From contig JASFYO010000005.1 of assembly GCA_045047305.1 (NCBI GenBank), forward strand, positions 297-64,296: a stretch of DNA of 64,000 nt, given 5' to 3'. The translations under genes and the position numbers were made by a program. Below, in pieces: positions 52,536-62,673 of the stretch. Every line of letters begins with the position of its first letter. The first letter of the stretch is position 1. Origin of the DNA: Planctomycetota bacterium. Its GTDB lineage: Bacteria > Planctomycetota > UBA1135. Under the pieces are notes generated by a model. That model did no database searches and was not told where the DNA came from. It saw nothing but the letters and a program-made list of their open reading frames with translations.

Positions 52536-55500
52536 TTACCAGCCCCAAGGAATCTTCAGGTATTCCAAAGAAGGCTTCTCCTTGTCCACCGTTGGACCGG
52601 AATTCAAGGCATCGATGTCGAAGGTGATGCGATAGCGGACGAAGCGCTTGCCCTGGAGATCGGACATGCTGGTGACTCCATCGCCAGTCCATGGAGTGGC
52701 TGCTGCAATATCCGGCGTGTTCGAGCCAGGAGCCGTCTCCTCTGTGCCTTGGAACTGAATGCGTACGCTTGCAGAAGCCGGCAGACGATCCTTGGTTGCC
52801 GTGGTGGTCACGCGGAAGAACTTCGAGCGTACAGCCCAATTGGCCGAAGCCACTAAAGACATAGGCCCATCCGAAACACGAGTGGTCAAGACCAAGGTCT
52901 CCGGACTAGCAGTGTAAACAGCATCCATTATTTCAAAGGTGGATGGAGTCACCATGCTGGTGTCTGGAACCATGTCGTAGCCGACCATCAGGTTCGGGTT
53001 GCGCAACAAGTCTGCACCGAAGGACGATGATGGGTTGGCAATGGTCACGGTGTAGTTGGAGAAGCTAGCGGTTCCTGTTCCACCATCAACACCGACCACA
53101 GAGCCTGGAGTGACCAAGTTGGAACCACTAAGCACCAAGCCCGTTGCTTGATCAATACCTTCGAAACCGAGAGTGGTGTCAAGGTAGTCCGGGAAAGGAC
53201 CGGTTCCGTTTGCTGGGTTGCGTAGTTCTGCAAGACCAGTATCGACCCACACGCTTTGCACCTGAGATTCTGGAGAGAACATCGGGACCAAGGTGAATGG
53301 CACTGGAATGGCATAAATCCCAAGCACTTCATCCTGGCGATCAGAGATGGCTGGATTACTGGGATCCAAAGCCGTGATGTACTGCTTGAACGCCGCGTCT
53401 ACCGAAGGGTGGTAGGTGATGTCTTGCAATGGATTCGGCACGTGGATTTGGATCAAGCCACTAGCACCTGCTCCACCGCGGCCAATCATGTAAGTGCTGT
53501 TGCCATCGTTTTCGCCATCGCCACTGAATCCAGTGTCGTCATCAGTCTCATTGAAACCGTTAGTAGGAGAAACGAAACGACTACCAGCCCAGCCCCGACG
53601 TCCACCAATCGCTTGGATTAGGTGTGAGTTGGTGATGTTGGCAAAGAAGGTTGCAGGCACCGCTGGGTTACCCGCCGTTCCCACTGGAATCTGGCTGAGG
53701 TTTAATCCCGATGCCGAGTGCAGAATGAGGTGTCCACCAGAACCACCACCAGATCCCGATACTTGGGAGGTCGTTGCGAGATCACCGCCGTCTCTGGAGG
53801 ATTGTCCGCCCTGACCGGAGCCGCCATTCACTTTCAGAATCGCTGCCGGACCAAGAGTAATCGGACCAAGACATAACAGTTGCACCTGTCCACCACCACC
53901 ACCACCGGGTGCGCCACGGAAGTAGCGCGCGGTGTAACCCACACCCGCGAAGTTAGGGTCAGGGAACAACATGTTCAGGGTGTCTGGGTATAAATCCCCA
54001 TCCAAGTCAAAGCGGAACATGGTTTGAATATCACCACTTGCACCACCACCAGAGCCTGCGTACGGCGCACTCAGCTCCCCCGTGACCAGGGTTGGTGCAA
54101 CGCCAGCGGTGCCATCCCAGAAGTAGCGGTGGCCCCAAAAGTTATTGCTCGTTTGCCCATCAGTAAAAACCGAGCGGCCAGCAATGCCGCCATCGGGCCC
54201 AGTATTTGGGTTGCCGAATGGAAAGGCGATGGCGGCGCCGGTCTCAGAACGATCAAAGAGGATTTCCCAATCGACATCATTCAAGGTGTCTTGGGAACGG
54301 TCCTCAAAACCTTGCACGCCGTGCGGTCCAGTGATGGTTTGGCTATCCGGATTCCGCGTATGAGATCGACTGGAACCACGCAACCCATCTTCAGCACCTA
54401 AGAATGCCAAATCAGGATCAATCGTCGCGTTGTAAATCGTGTGCCGATCAGCGCGTAAGTCAGGGCCGGAGTTATCAAAACTGGAAGGATTCTCAAGCAA
54501 ACTCCAACGATCCCAGAAAATGGAATCGGTACGGCCTTCACTAAAGCCGCCACCGGCACCACCACCGGCAATGAGGTATTCGGAAGCTATTAGGGTTGGA
54601 CCTACGGCAGCAGCGCGGTCTTGTTGATAGCCACCCTCACCGCCAATGCCTCCACCGCCAACCACGCCAAAAGGCCCGTTGCCCGTTTCGCCACGTGGGG
54701 TGTAATCATTCAGCACAAGAGATGCAGAGCCCCCCTTGCCGCCACCGCAGGCTCCAAGTGCGCCCGGGACAGCCAAAAACCAACTGTTAATGGCTCCATC
54801 TGGGGCCGTAGCATTAAAGCCACTGGCATCTAAGGTGCCAAGCAGGATTGCCTCACCGGAAACGTAAACCACCAATGGGTTATCGCCAATCGCGCGCAAG
54901 GTGGCTCCGGCCTCAATGGTGAAATCGTGAACATTCATCACACCATTCGTCACGGTAAAGACTTTGCCATTACCATCGGTAACTTGAGTCGTGGATGAAG
55001 TATCAATCTGAAGCAGACCTTGCCCAGTGGTAATCACAAAGTTACGATCCACGCCAACGGGAGTGCCGGGGAACGGGAAGTCTGCAGCAATCACGCCAGG
55101 CGTGATGGATGCTGGAGGCTGCGGCAAATCGGCCTCCAAGTCCAAACGGTTCGGGTTTCCAAAGCCATCCGTATATTCATCAAAAGTTACATCTTGCTCA
55201 TCAATCGCTGGGCCGTTCGCATAAAATTCCGCGATGGTCGGCACTGCAATCGGACTGGTCACCACCGTGGTGGTGTTGGTGTTACCGCCTAGATCCTCGA
55301 AATTGGAAGTCAGGACCACACGAATATCGCGGCCCGGAATCAAAACACCACTAACCTGGAAATGGATTAAAGCACCATCGCCACAGTTGCTCACCACTTG
55401 CATGGCACCCGGGATCACGTTTCCACTGCTTGGGAAGATTCCGCTAGCATTCGAAAACTGCACGTAAATCCTTGCCGTAGAAAAATTAATCGGCTCCGGA

Positions 55501-56129
55501 TTCACCGATTGGTTAAAACTCAAGACAATGGTGGAATCATTTTGAGAAACCAGACCAATGGAGTTTGGGACGGTGACATTATCCAACAACGGAGGCCCCA
55601 CAGTGGTGTCGGCAAACAATGTTTCGCCAGCTGTTGGGGTACGGAAGATACGAGTTAAACCAATTGCTAACTGATGCCCTGAGATGTCGCGAAGGACGGC
55701 TGCGCCTCCAGCACCCTCTGTGGGAAGGATTAGCTCATAACCAAAGTTGCCGGGAACAAAGCCACCGTTGCTGTTGTCCACGTTATCCGGACAAGCAGGA
55801 TTGAACTGAATGCCGAAGTTCCTGTTTCCCTCAGCATCGGTGATCAACTCGAAGGATCCGGTAACTGGATTGCCTGTGTTACTTAAATCTGTCGGGCGCA
55901 AAATCACCGAAGCAAAATTAACCGAATTCGCGTCAATTTCGTTATTGAAAAAGAGCTGAATTGGGCGGTTAAGCAACCAACTATCCCCATTGCTAACGTT
56001 GGAAGTTAAAACTTCAAAACGGCCAATGGATGACACCGATTTTTTACAACCGACAACGAAAAGGGGAAGCAATGCAACGCCCATGATGAAGGCGCTGCGC
56101 AGCAGGGATGTTTTGATGTTAGGCATCAT
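52536..56129 (-). CDS. Giant surface lipoprotein, family A2 (1197 aa): Big_5-like modules plus glycine-rich repeats
   Basis: The lipoprotein signal is MMPNIKTSLLRSAFIMGVALLPLFVVGC-KKS. PIQLFFNNEIDANSVNFASVIL and IVLSFNQSVNPEPINFSTARI are Big_5-like. Gly-rich blocks include GACGGGKGGS, VVGGGGIGGEGG, GAPGGGGGGQVQLLCLG and SGSGGGSGGHLILHS. The architecture is collinear with 42261..45398. The start overlaps the upstream stop as ATGA. Confidence 0.8.
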   Translation of the reverse strand: MMPNIKTSLLRSAFIMGVALLPLFVVGCKKSVSSIGRFEVLTSNVSNGDSWLLNRPIQLFFNNEIDANSVNFASVILRPTDLSNTGNPVTGSFELITDAEGNRNFGIQFNPACPDNVDNSNGGFVPGNFGYELILPTEGAGGAAVLRDISGHQLAIGLTRIFRTPTAGETLFADTTVGPPLLDNVTVPNSIGLVSQNDSTIVLSFNQSVNPEPINFSTARIYVQFSNASGIFPSSGNVIPGAMQVVSNCGDGALIHFQVSGVLIPGRDIRVVLTSNFEDLGGNTNTTTVVTSPIAVPTIAEFYANGPAIDEQDVTFDEYTDGFGNPNRLDLEADLPQPPASITPGVIAADFPFPGTPVGVDRNFVITTGQGLLQIDTSSTTQVTDGNGKVFTVTNGVMNVHDFTIEAGATLRAIGDNPLVVYVSGEAILLGTLDASGFNATAPDGAINSWFLAVPGALGACGGGKGGSASLVLNDYTPRGETGNGPFGVVGGGGIGGEGGYQQDRAAAVGPTLIASEYLIAGGGAGGGFSEGRTDSIFWDRWSLLENPSSFDNSGPDLRADRHTIYNATIDPDLAFLGAEDGLRGSSRSHTRNPDSQTITGPHGVQGFEDRSQDTLNDVDWEILFDRSETGAAIAFPFGNPNTGPDGGIAGRSVFTDGQTSNNFWGHRYFWDGTAGVAPTLVTGELSAPYAGSGGGASGDIQTMFRFDLDGDLYPDTLNMLFPDPNFAGVGYTARYFRGAPGGGGGGQVQLLCLGPITLGPAAILKVNGGSGQGGQSSRDGGDLATTSQVSGSGGGSGGHLILHSASGLNLSQIPVGTAGNPAVPATFFANITNSHLIQAIGGRRGWAGSRFVSPTNGFNETDDDTGFSGDGENDGNSTYMIGRGGAGASGLIQIHVPNPLQDITYHPSVDAAFKQYITALDPSNPAISDRQDEVLGIYAIPVPFTLVPMFSPESQVQSVWVDTGLAELRNPANGTGPFPDYLDTTLGFEGIDQATGLVLSGSNLVTPGSVVGVDGGTGTASFSNYTVTIANPSSSFGADLLRNPNLMVGYDMVPDTSMVTPSTFEIMDAVYTASPETLVLTTRVSDGPMSLVASANWAVRSKFFRVTTTATKDRLPASASVRIQFQGTEETAPGSNTPDIAAATPWTGDGVTSMSDLQGKRFVRYRITFDIDALNSGPTVDKEKPSLEYLKIPWGW

Positions 56130-59100
56130 TGGGTGGTGTAAGCGAAGCCAAAGGCGTCAAGTTCAGCGAGCAGGTCTTGCTCAATGTTCGACACGAAAGT
56201 GAACCGAAGTTGGAAGAAACGGCGGCCATCGGCAATGAGGTCAGCTGGGTCAGAATACCAGTCCGAAGGCAATGACATTGTTGCACAAGTACCTTGGTAT
56301 TCTCCATAGGAGTCGAAGCTGGTGCTTGCGTCGTTCAACGGCGACGGGCTGTCGGTTGCAATGCAGGTGGCATCATTGATGGTGATGGTGGAGCGGAACT
56401 GCACCTCAACGGAAGTGCCTGGATTAGCTTGTGCCGCAGTAGGTTCGATGGTCAGGGCAGACATGGCATCGAGGTTGCCACCAAAGTCAAACCAGTGGGT
56501 GTAAACCTTACTCACCTTAGTAACGAAATCGACCTGTCCCCAGTAGAGCTCTGGGCCAAAGCCCTTAGTGCCGACACCAGTCACGGTGTTATAGCCGCCG
56601 TTTGGAGCGGTACCTTCAGGCGGAAGGTCTGGGCGCACCAAGTTCCATACCGAGTTGCCGTCGCGACCGCCGGAGGAGAACACGCGGAAAGCCGGGATGT
56701 TGGAAGAACCAACCATGATTTGAACCTGGAATCCGTTGAAACCAAATTCCTGGCCGCGCGGATAACAGCGGAAGCGCATCAGCAAAGGCAACGCAATGCT
56801 TGGGAACTCCCCTGCAAGCCAAACTGGAACACCACCGATGACGGACGGAGGAACCCCATAACCAGCATCATTGGTCGGAGTACCGCCAGAAGGATTACCG
56901 CCGACTAAGGCACCACCATCCGGGATTGGGAAGTGAGTGTCACGCCAAGTGTAAGTGGTCGCAAAGTCTGGCCATGGGTACATGGACACTCCGCCTGAGG
57001 TCTGGAATCGGTTCACGCTTGATATTTCATAATTGGTATCAAACACAATGACCTCGTCTAGATCTGCATAAGCTACAGGATCTTGGCCAAAGCCATAGAT
57101 ATTCGAATCGAAGTTATTTCCAGTCAAACGCTTCAATCCAGAGTTCTTGTGCTCTGGATAACCAGAGCCTGCATTGATGAAATCATCTGGGAAACGCACC
57201 GAGTGGGCCAAAGCAAGCGAGTAACGATCAAAAGTATCGTCGAAAACCACGCCTTCAAAGGGTGACCAATTCAGACCTTCCACATCGAGATTGAACTCAC
57301 TCACGCTAGACAGGCCGAAACCAAGCTGATGATATGCGTAACAAGTCATCAATACGGCTCCCGCTGGAGTTAGTGGAGTCATCAGGCCTTGAGTGAACTT
57401 CAGACGCTGACCCACGAACTGGTTGGTTTGGTCCGCCTGGCGTGAAAAACGAACAATGCCGCGTCCGCGAAGCACACCATCACCCACAATCGGGCCAAGT
57501 TGGCCAGCGTATTCCGGAGTTTGATCCCCATCCTCATCGATACCGTTGCCGCGCAGTGCAAAGTACTTGTCAACGGGAACAGCGGTTCCGCCTAAAGTCC
57601 ATTTCAATCCGGACAGTTGGAATTGCGAAGAGTGTCCAGCAACAAAACTGGAGAAGTCGACGACATTTCCAGCAAGGTCGAGGATGCCAGTATTGCCATT
57701 GCGTAGCGCAAGAGACAGTTGCAGGCTAGTGCTTTCGCCAAAAGCATCGGTAATACCGGCTAAGGGTGCGAGGGTAAAGGATTGAGCATCACCGGAGGCC
57801 TGGATTGGGCCAAACATAATGCGGCCTGGGCCACCACCACTACCAAATCCTGGCAAGCGATCGAGGAAGTTGGGAACTGTTTCACCACCAACCAAATCCC
57901 ATTCTCTGTCGTTTCCGTCGACGCCGGCACTGAGGTTAGCCGAGGAAAGCACCATGGAATCCAGCGAGCGTACTGTAGTGACGTTGATTGGCTCACTGAA
58001 ACGGACCGTAATCGTTGAGAATGGGTCCACGCCGTTTGCCGGAAAGTTAATCGTTGGAGCGGGCGTTATGGTTAAGAAACACAACTGCAAAGCAGAATCG
58101 GCCACCGTGTAGCGGGTCGTTAGGTTTCCGGAGCGTGGGTTGAAGCCTCCGGGCAAAGTCCCTGCCAAAAGAGCACCCTGCACCTCAAGGGCAGCGTTGT
58201 TGGAAGTGTCGATGACGCTAGTAACTTGTAGTAATGCACCATTGACCTCAATCACGTCCCCTACCTTTGGACTCAAAGAACGACAACCCAAGACATCTAA
58301 GGCGTAAATAATGTTACGTTGGTTACCGATTTCAATCACCGAGGCAATGGTGATTTCTTGAGTCACAATCAGGGACGGCTTGGAAGTGTCGGTCAAAAAC
58401 CCGTTAAAAGCATCCAAATGGTTTCCAGTACGCACTGCGCGCACGGCAACAGGATCAAGCCCCGCAAACTCATGCGGTTCTATAATTGAATCTCCAGCTG
58501 CATTCCGGTTTACGTCGAAAGTTTGCGTGTTCGCTTTGTTGCTCAGCAGAAGCGTTTGGTTGATAAAAGGATTTAGCTTAGTTGGGATCCGCAACTTGAT
58601 GTTCGGAGTTTGCTGATTCTCCGATTCTGGAAATCCAATTCCGTTCTCTGGAATGCCCAACTGTTGCGCATCGATTTTGGAGATAGTTGGATCTAAAATA
58701 ACGATACCAACGGGCTCTCCATCTTGCCCTACTCCTTCTTTCACGACATAGCGAACTTCAAGGGAGGAAAGGCTATCTTGGGAGGTTCCGACCAAAACCT
58801 GGATGGTTTGGCGATCCACCGTATTCGGATTCAGGAACTCAGAAAACACCAAACGAATCGCGCCGTTACGTGCAAGCTTGGTAAATGGGCCCGGTGAATC
58901 AAAACTCTTGGCCTGAAGCGAAGTCAATCCGACACGGGCGTCCGCTAAAGCCTCATCAAACGCCACCGTGCCGCTGGTTTCAAGGATGGTCAAGACCTCA
59001 ACCTGAGTGATCGGGTTTTGACTCAACACATAACGAATGCCGTCGCTCTGCAAGCTCTCTCGAATCACGACATCGGTTTCCACCAAATCGCCTGCAAGGT

Positions 59101-59290
59101 CAAAAAGATTGATGAGGCGCCCCCACTGCATGTCCTCAAGAACGAGAGAAGCTTTTCCAGATCCAGCTCCAGTGCCGATTCCGGCACCGATTCCATCACC
59201 AGTAGCACCACACCCGACTAAGGAGAGAGCCGGTAAGGCAACAACGGTTGCAACGACGAAGCGTGCAAAAGAGTTTTTGAATTGAATCAT
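56126..59290 (-). CDS. Giant surface lipoprotein, family B1 (1054 aa)
   Basis: The lipoprotein signal is MIQFKNSFARFVVATVVALPALSLVGC-GATG. The Big_5-like motifs are AIRLVFSEFLNPNTVDRQTIQV and ITVRFSEPINVTTVRSLDSMVL. It aligns with the next gene along its whole length. The start overlaps the upstream stop as ATGA. Confidence 0.8.
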   Translation of the reverse strand: MIQFKNSFARFVVATVVALPALSLVGCGATGDGIGAGIGTGAGSGKASLVLEDMQWGRLINLFDLAGDLVETDVVIRESLQSDGIRYVLSQNPITQVEVLTILETSGTVAFDEALADARVGLTSLQAKSFDSPGPFTKLARNGAIRLVFSEFLNPNTVDRQTIQVLVGTSQDSLSSLEVRYVVKEGVGQDGEPVGIVILDPTISKIDAQQLGIPENGIGFPESENQQTPNIKLRIPTKLNPFINQTLLLSNKANTQTFDVNRNAAGDSIIEPHEFAGLDPVAVRAVRTGNHLDAFNGFLTDTSKPSLIVTQEITIASVIEIGNQRNIIYALDVLGCRSLSPKVGDVIEVNGALLQVTSVIDTSNNAALEVQGALLAGTLPGGFNPRSGNLTTRYTVADSALQLCFLTITPAPTINFPANGVDPFSTITVRFSEPINVTTVRSLDSMVLSSANLSAGVDGNDREWDLVGGETVPNFLDRLPGFGSGGGPGRIMFGPIQASGDAQSFTLAPLAGITDAFGESTSLQLSLALRNGNTGILDLAGNVVDFSSFVAGHSSQFQLSGLKWTLGGTAVPVDKYFALRGNGIDEDGDQTPEYAGQLGPIVGDGVLRGRGIVRFSRQADQTNQFVGQRLKFTQGLMTPLTPAGAVLMTCYAYHQLGFGLSSVSEFNLDVEGLNWSPFEGVVFDDTFDRYSLALAHSVRFPDDFINAGSGYPEHKNSGLKRLTGNNFDSNIYGFGQDPVAYADLDEVIVFDTNYEISSVNRFQTSGGVSMYPWPDFATTYTWRDTHFPIPDGGALVGGNPSGGTPTNDAGYGVPPSVIGGVPVWLAGEFPSIALPLLMRFRCYPRGQEFGFNGFQVQIMVGSSNIPAFRVFSSGGRDGNSVWNLVRPDLPPEGTAPNGGYNTVTGVGTKGFGPELYWGQVDFVTKVSKVYTHWFDFGGNLDAMSALTIEPTAAQANPGTSVEVQFRSTITINDATCIATDSPSPLNDASTSFDSYGEYQGTCATMSLPSDWYSDPADLIADGRRFFQLRFTFVSNIEQDLLAELDAFGFAYTTQ

Positions 59291-62200
59291 GGCTGTTTGT
59301 TATTCCAGACAATACCCAAACTATCTAGTTCAGGGCGCAGACCTAGGTCTGCATTTGATTTAAAGGTCACGCGTACCTGTAGGAAGCGGAATGCCCGCCC
59401 CTCCAGATCGCTCATATTGGTAGTCCAATCACTTGGAGTGCTTACCGTTCCCAAAGCACCTGGAAAAAAATCACCGTGGTCATCAAAGGGCGTATCAGCA
59501 TTGGTCAGTGGGGATGGATTCTGGCCTGGGTCCACCACGTGGGTCACCGATTCTGCTCCACGGAATTCCACCGTAATGGAAGTTCCCACGGGTTGATTCT
59601 CATTTGCAGGCTCAAGAATCACGTCGGTCACTTGGCCAAGAAGAAGGTTCGATCCCATATCCAGCCAGTGCGTGTAAATACGGGAAGTATCTACTACAAA
59701 ATCTGCCTGGGTCCAATAGATGTGGTCATCCCCCACGAAAGTGGTTGGGTTACCCGTTCCAGGCACAAAACCACCAATTGGGATAGTTCCACCTAAAGCC
59801 GAATTATCCGGCTGCACTTGGTGCCAGTTGCTGGAACCATCCTGACCACCTGAAGACCAAATGCGGAAGTTCACCATAGGGTTGCGTAGCGGCAACATTT
59901 GGGTGACCGAGAAGGAATTCAGGCCGAGACGGTTGTTTTGCGGGTAAACGCGGAAGCGTGCGAGCAAAGGCAAGGATACCGAAGGCACAGCTTCTGGACC
60001 CCATCCGAAAATGGTGCCATTGTCGGCAGCATACTGCTGGTTTGGTGCACCAAAGGAATTCTGGGCTCCACCGAGGTAGGTTTGCGAGATGGTGGTGTCG
60101 CGCCAAACATAGTTCGCGGTGAACTCTGGCCAAGGCATGTAAGGCGTTCCATTGTTGGAGAAGCGCTCGATGCTGTTCGCTACGTAGCTACTGCGGAAGA
60201 CTTCCACTTCATCGATCCCAGATGATCCGTCGGCGGTAAAGCCGAGGATGTTGTCATCGAATGCGCTAATCAGCAATCCGGACTCACGCCAGATTGGCTG
60301 TTGGGTTAATGGATTCAAAAGTTCATCGGGGAGGAACTTGGAAGTGGAAAGCGAAAGCGAAACGTCTTCGAAAGTTTCATCGAAAACAACACCAGCATTC
60401 GGAGACCAGTTAAAGCCTTCCACCGTCATGTTGTATTCCGTAGCGTCGCCGTATGCGAAACCAAATTCTTGTGGACGATAAGCACTCATGACCACGGCGC
60501 CAGCTGGGTTGAGTGGCTCGGTAACCGGAACCCCAAGCAGGCGATTTGACATGGCAGGACTGGAAGAGTCCGCAGCGCGGGAGAAGCGTGCTGGAAAGCG
60601 GCCAGACAGACTGTGGCCAAGAACGCTGGAGTTGCCGGCCCACTCGGACTGGCCATCGCCATTTTCATCGAGGGAAGAACCGTTGAACATGAAGTAGCTT
60701 GCACCGTCTGCCAAGGCAGTGTGCTGCACCGTGATGGCAATGGATTGCGCTCCTGGCTCTCCAGGTTGTCCGTTGCCTGCAACAAAACCTTCCACATCCA
60801 GTGGGTTTCCAGACAAATCGAGGATGCCTTCCAAACCGCCACGCAAAGCGACGACATAGGCTTCACCGTTGACTGCGGTTTGAGGATCAAACCAACCATA
60901 AGAAGGGGTCAAGGTGTAGCGGCGGTTGCCGTCGGTTGCCTCGACTGGGCCAAACAAAATACGTCCACCAAACTCCGATGCCGCATCAGCGCCGGTGATG
61001 ACAGGACGATAATCATAGCCGCGTTGGCGATCAATAAAGTCGCCGGTGCTTTCTGCTGCATTGACCTGACGATACCAAGCCGTTTCGATTTCAAACTCCG
61101 TGTTAATACTACCCACGGGAAGAACGTCTGGAGATGCAATCACGAAGGTGCTCATCGAGCGCATCGTGGTGGCGCTAATAGACTCATCGAAACGCACGGA
61201 AACGGAAGCATTGTCCGCGATGAGAATCAAACCACCGGGGATACTCGAAGTCAGGATTGGCGGTTGAAAGTCCAAGTAGCACACTTGAACCAAAGCATCT
61301 TGCGGGGTGTAAGTCGTGGTGTAACGAGTAGGCAGTGCCGTTGCGCCGACCACGATAGATGCATCTGTAGCCTCAAGAGCAGCGCGCACAGAATAGTTAT
61401 TTGGGTCCGCGCTGTTTAGTACATCGGTGACCAAAAGCAGGCCATTGCCAATCTCAAAGACATCGCCGACTTTCGGCGCCATTGGCTTACACACGTCCAA
61501 ATTTACGCTATATAGGAATTCAACCACGCTGCCGGAAATCGAAGTCACGCTGTTCACGGTTGCATCTTGCACCCCGAGCAAACTTGGCGCCGTGTTATCG
61601 AGGAGGAATCCGTTGAAGTCATCCAGGTTGTTGCCGGTACGTGCTGCACGCACCAAAACATCAGAAACTCCAGTGGATTCAAAAGGCTCCGTAGTCCGGT
61701 CTTGAACCGAAGGAGTGTGTTTGCCGTCGAGGCTGCGCAGCACCTTGGGCTGACCGATGAGCGGATCGGGCTGGGTTGGAATTCGAATCGCCAAGTTGGC
61801 GCTTACCGAATCTGCCGACGGTGGAAAGCCCACCGAGTTCTGCGGAATCGCCTCATTGGCGGCCTCGGCTGCAGACACCGTGGTATCGAAGTAAACATAA
61901 CCTTTGTCCAGGGCGCTGTCGTTCTTCACGATGTAACGTCCAGTGAAGGACAGCAGAGGCGGATTACCCGTAAACATCTGAATCGTGGTGAAGTCCACCG
62001 AAGATGGGTCAATCTGCTCCGAGAATTGCAAGCGAACCGTTGCGTTACGCGCAATCTCTGTGAACGGCGGAGCAGCATCCGCGGCCTTATCCACCACCCC
62101 TTGCAGGTTGGATTTTGCTGCGTTTAAAAGTCCGGTGAAGGTCGCAGAACCAGCATCACGCAGGATGGTCAGAGTCTCCTTTTGGCTGACTGGGTTGTTG

Positions 62201-62448
62201 CTGACTTCATAGTTCACGCCATCGGATTCGATGAGGTGGTTGACCAGGACGTCGGCCTCAATTAGAACGCCATTGGAGTCACGCACATCGACTAATCGAC
62301 CCCAGGTCAAGTTCTCAAGGAAAAGGCCAAGTGAGCTTTGCGTATCACCGCCAAGGCCGCCTGCGGAGCCTGAGGCAGAGATGCAGCTACCACCGACCAC
62401 GGTGGCGGCCGCTAAGCCAAATGCTGAGATTCGAGTGAGGAGATGCAT
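59287..62448 (-). CDS. Giant surface lipoprotein, family B2 (about 1053 aa from ATG 62448)
   Basis: The start is set to ATG 62448. MHLLTRISAFGLAAATVVGGSC-ISAS is a signal peptide with a lipobox-like end. TVRLQFSEQIDPSSVDFTTIQM and VSVRFDESISATTMRSMSTFVI are Big_5-like. It is a paralogue of 56126..59290. Confidence 0.8.
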   Translation of the reverse strand: MHLLTRISAFGLAAATVVGGSCISASGSAGGLGGDTQSSLGLFLENLTWGRLVDVRDSNGVLIEADVLVNHLIESDGVNYEVSNNPVSQKETLTILRDAGSATFTGLLNAAKSNLQGVVDKAADAAPPFTEIARNATVRLQFSEQIDPSSVDFTTIQMFTGNPPLLSFTGRYIVKNDSALDKGYVYFDTTVSAAEAANEAIPQNSVGFPPSADSVSANLAIRIPTQPDPLIGQPKVLRSLDGKHTPSVQDRTTEPFESTGVSDVLVRAARTGNNLDDFNGFLLDNTAPSLLGVQDATVNSVTSISGSVVEFLYSVNLDVCKPMAPKVGDVFEIGNGLLLVTDVLNSADPNNYSVRAALEATDASIVVGATALPTRYTTTYTPQDALVQVCYLDFQPPILTSSIPGGLILIADNASVSVRFDESISATTMRSMSTFVIASPDVLPVGSINTEFEIETAWYRQVNAAESTGDFIDRQRGYDYRPVITGADAASEFGGRILFGPVEATDGNRRYTLTPSYGWFDPQTAVNGEAYVVALRGGLEGILDLSGNPLDVEGFVAGNGQPGEPGAQSIAITVQHTALADGASYFMFNGSSLDENGDGQSEWAGNSSVLGHSLSGRFPARFSRAADSSSPAMSNRLLGVPVTEPLNPAGAVVMSAYRPQEFGFAYGDATEYNMTVEGFNWSPNAGVVFDETFEDVSLSLSTSKFLPDELLNPLTQQPIWRESGLLISAFDDNILGFTADGSSGIDEVEVFRSSYVANSIERFSNNGTPYMPWPEFTANYVWRDTTISQTYLGGAQNSFGAPNQQYAADNGTIFGWGPEAVPSVSLPLLARFRVYPQNNRLGLNSFSVTQMLPLRNPMVNFRIWSSGGQDGSSNWHQVQPDNSALGGTIPIGGFVPGTGNPTTFVGDDHIYWTQADFVVDTSRIYTHWLDMGSNLLLGQVTDVILEPANENQPVGTSITVEFRGAESVTHVVDPGQNPSPLTNADTPFDDHGDFFPGALGTVSTPSDWTTNMSDLEGRAFRFLQVRVTFKSNADLGLRPELDSLGIVWNNKQP

Positions 62449-62673
62449 CCTTTTGGGTTGATTCACGGATTCTATTTTTGTTAGCGCTAGGTGGGACAAC
62501 ACCTAGACCGACTATCCTAAAGCGGCGAGTCAGACTTAGCTGTTCCTTATTGGCAAATCCCGTACCAACGCCGGGAAGTGCCTGTATGGGGCTATTTTAG
62601 GGCAGGAACGCCCGCAGGGTGCGGTTTCGCACCAAGGCTTCCTGCTGCTAAGTTTAGCTCCTGAAAGCGGAGA

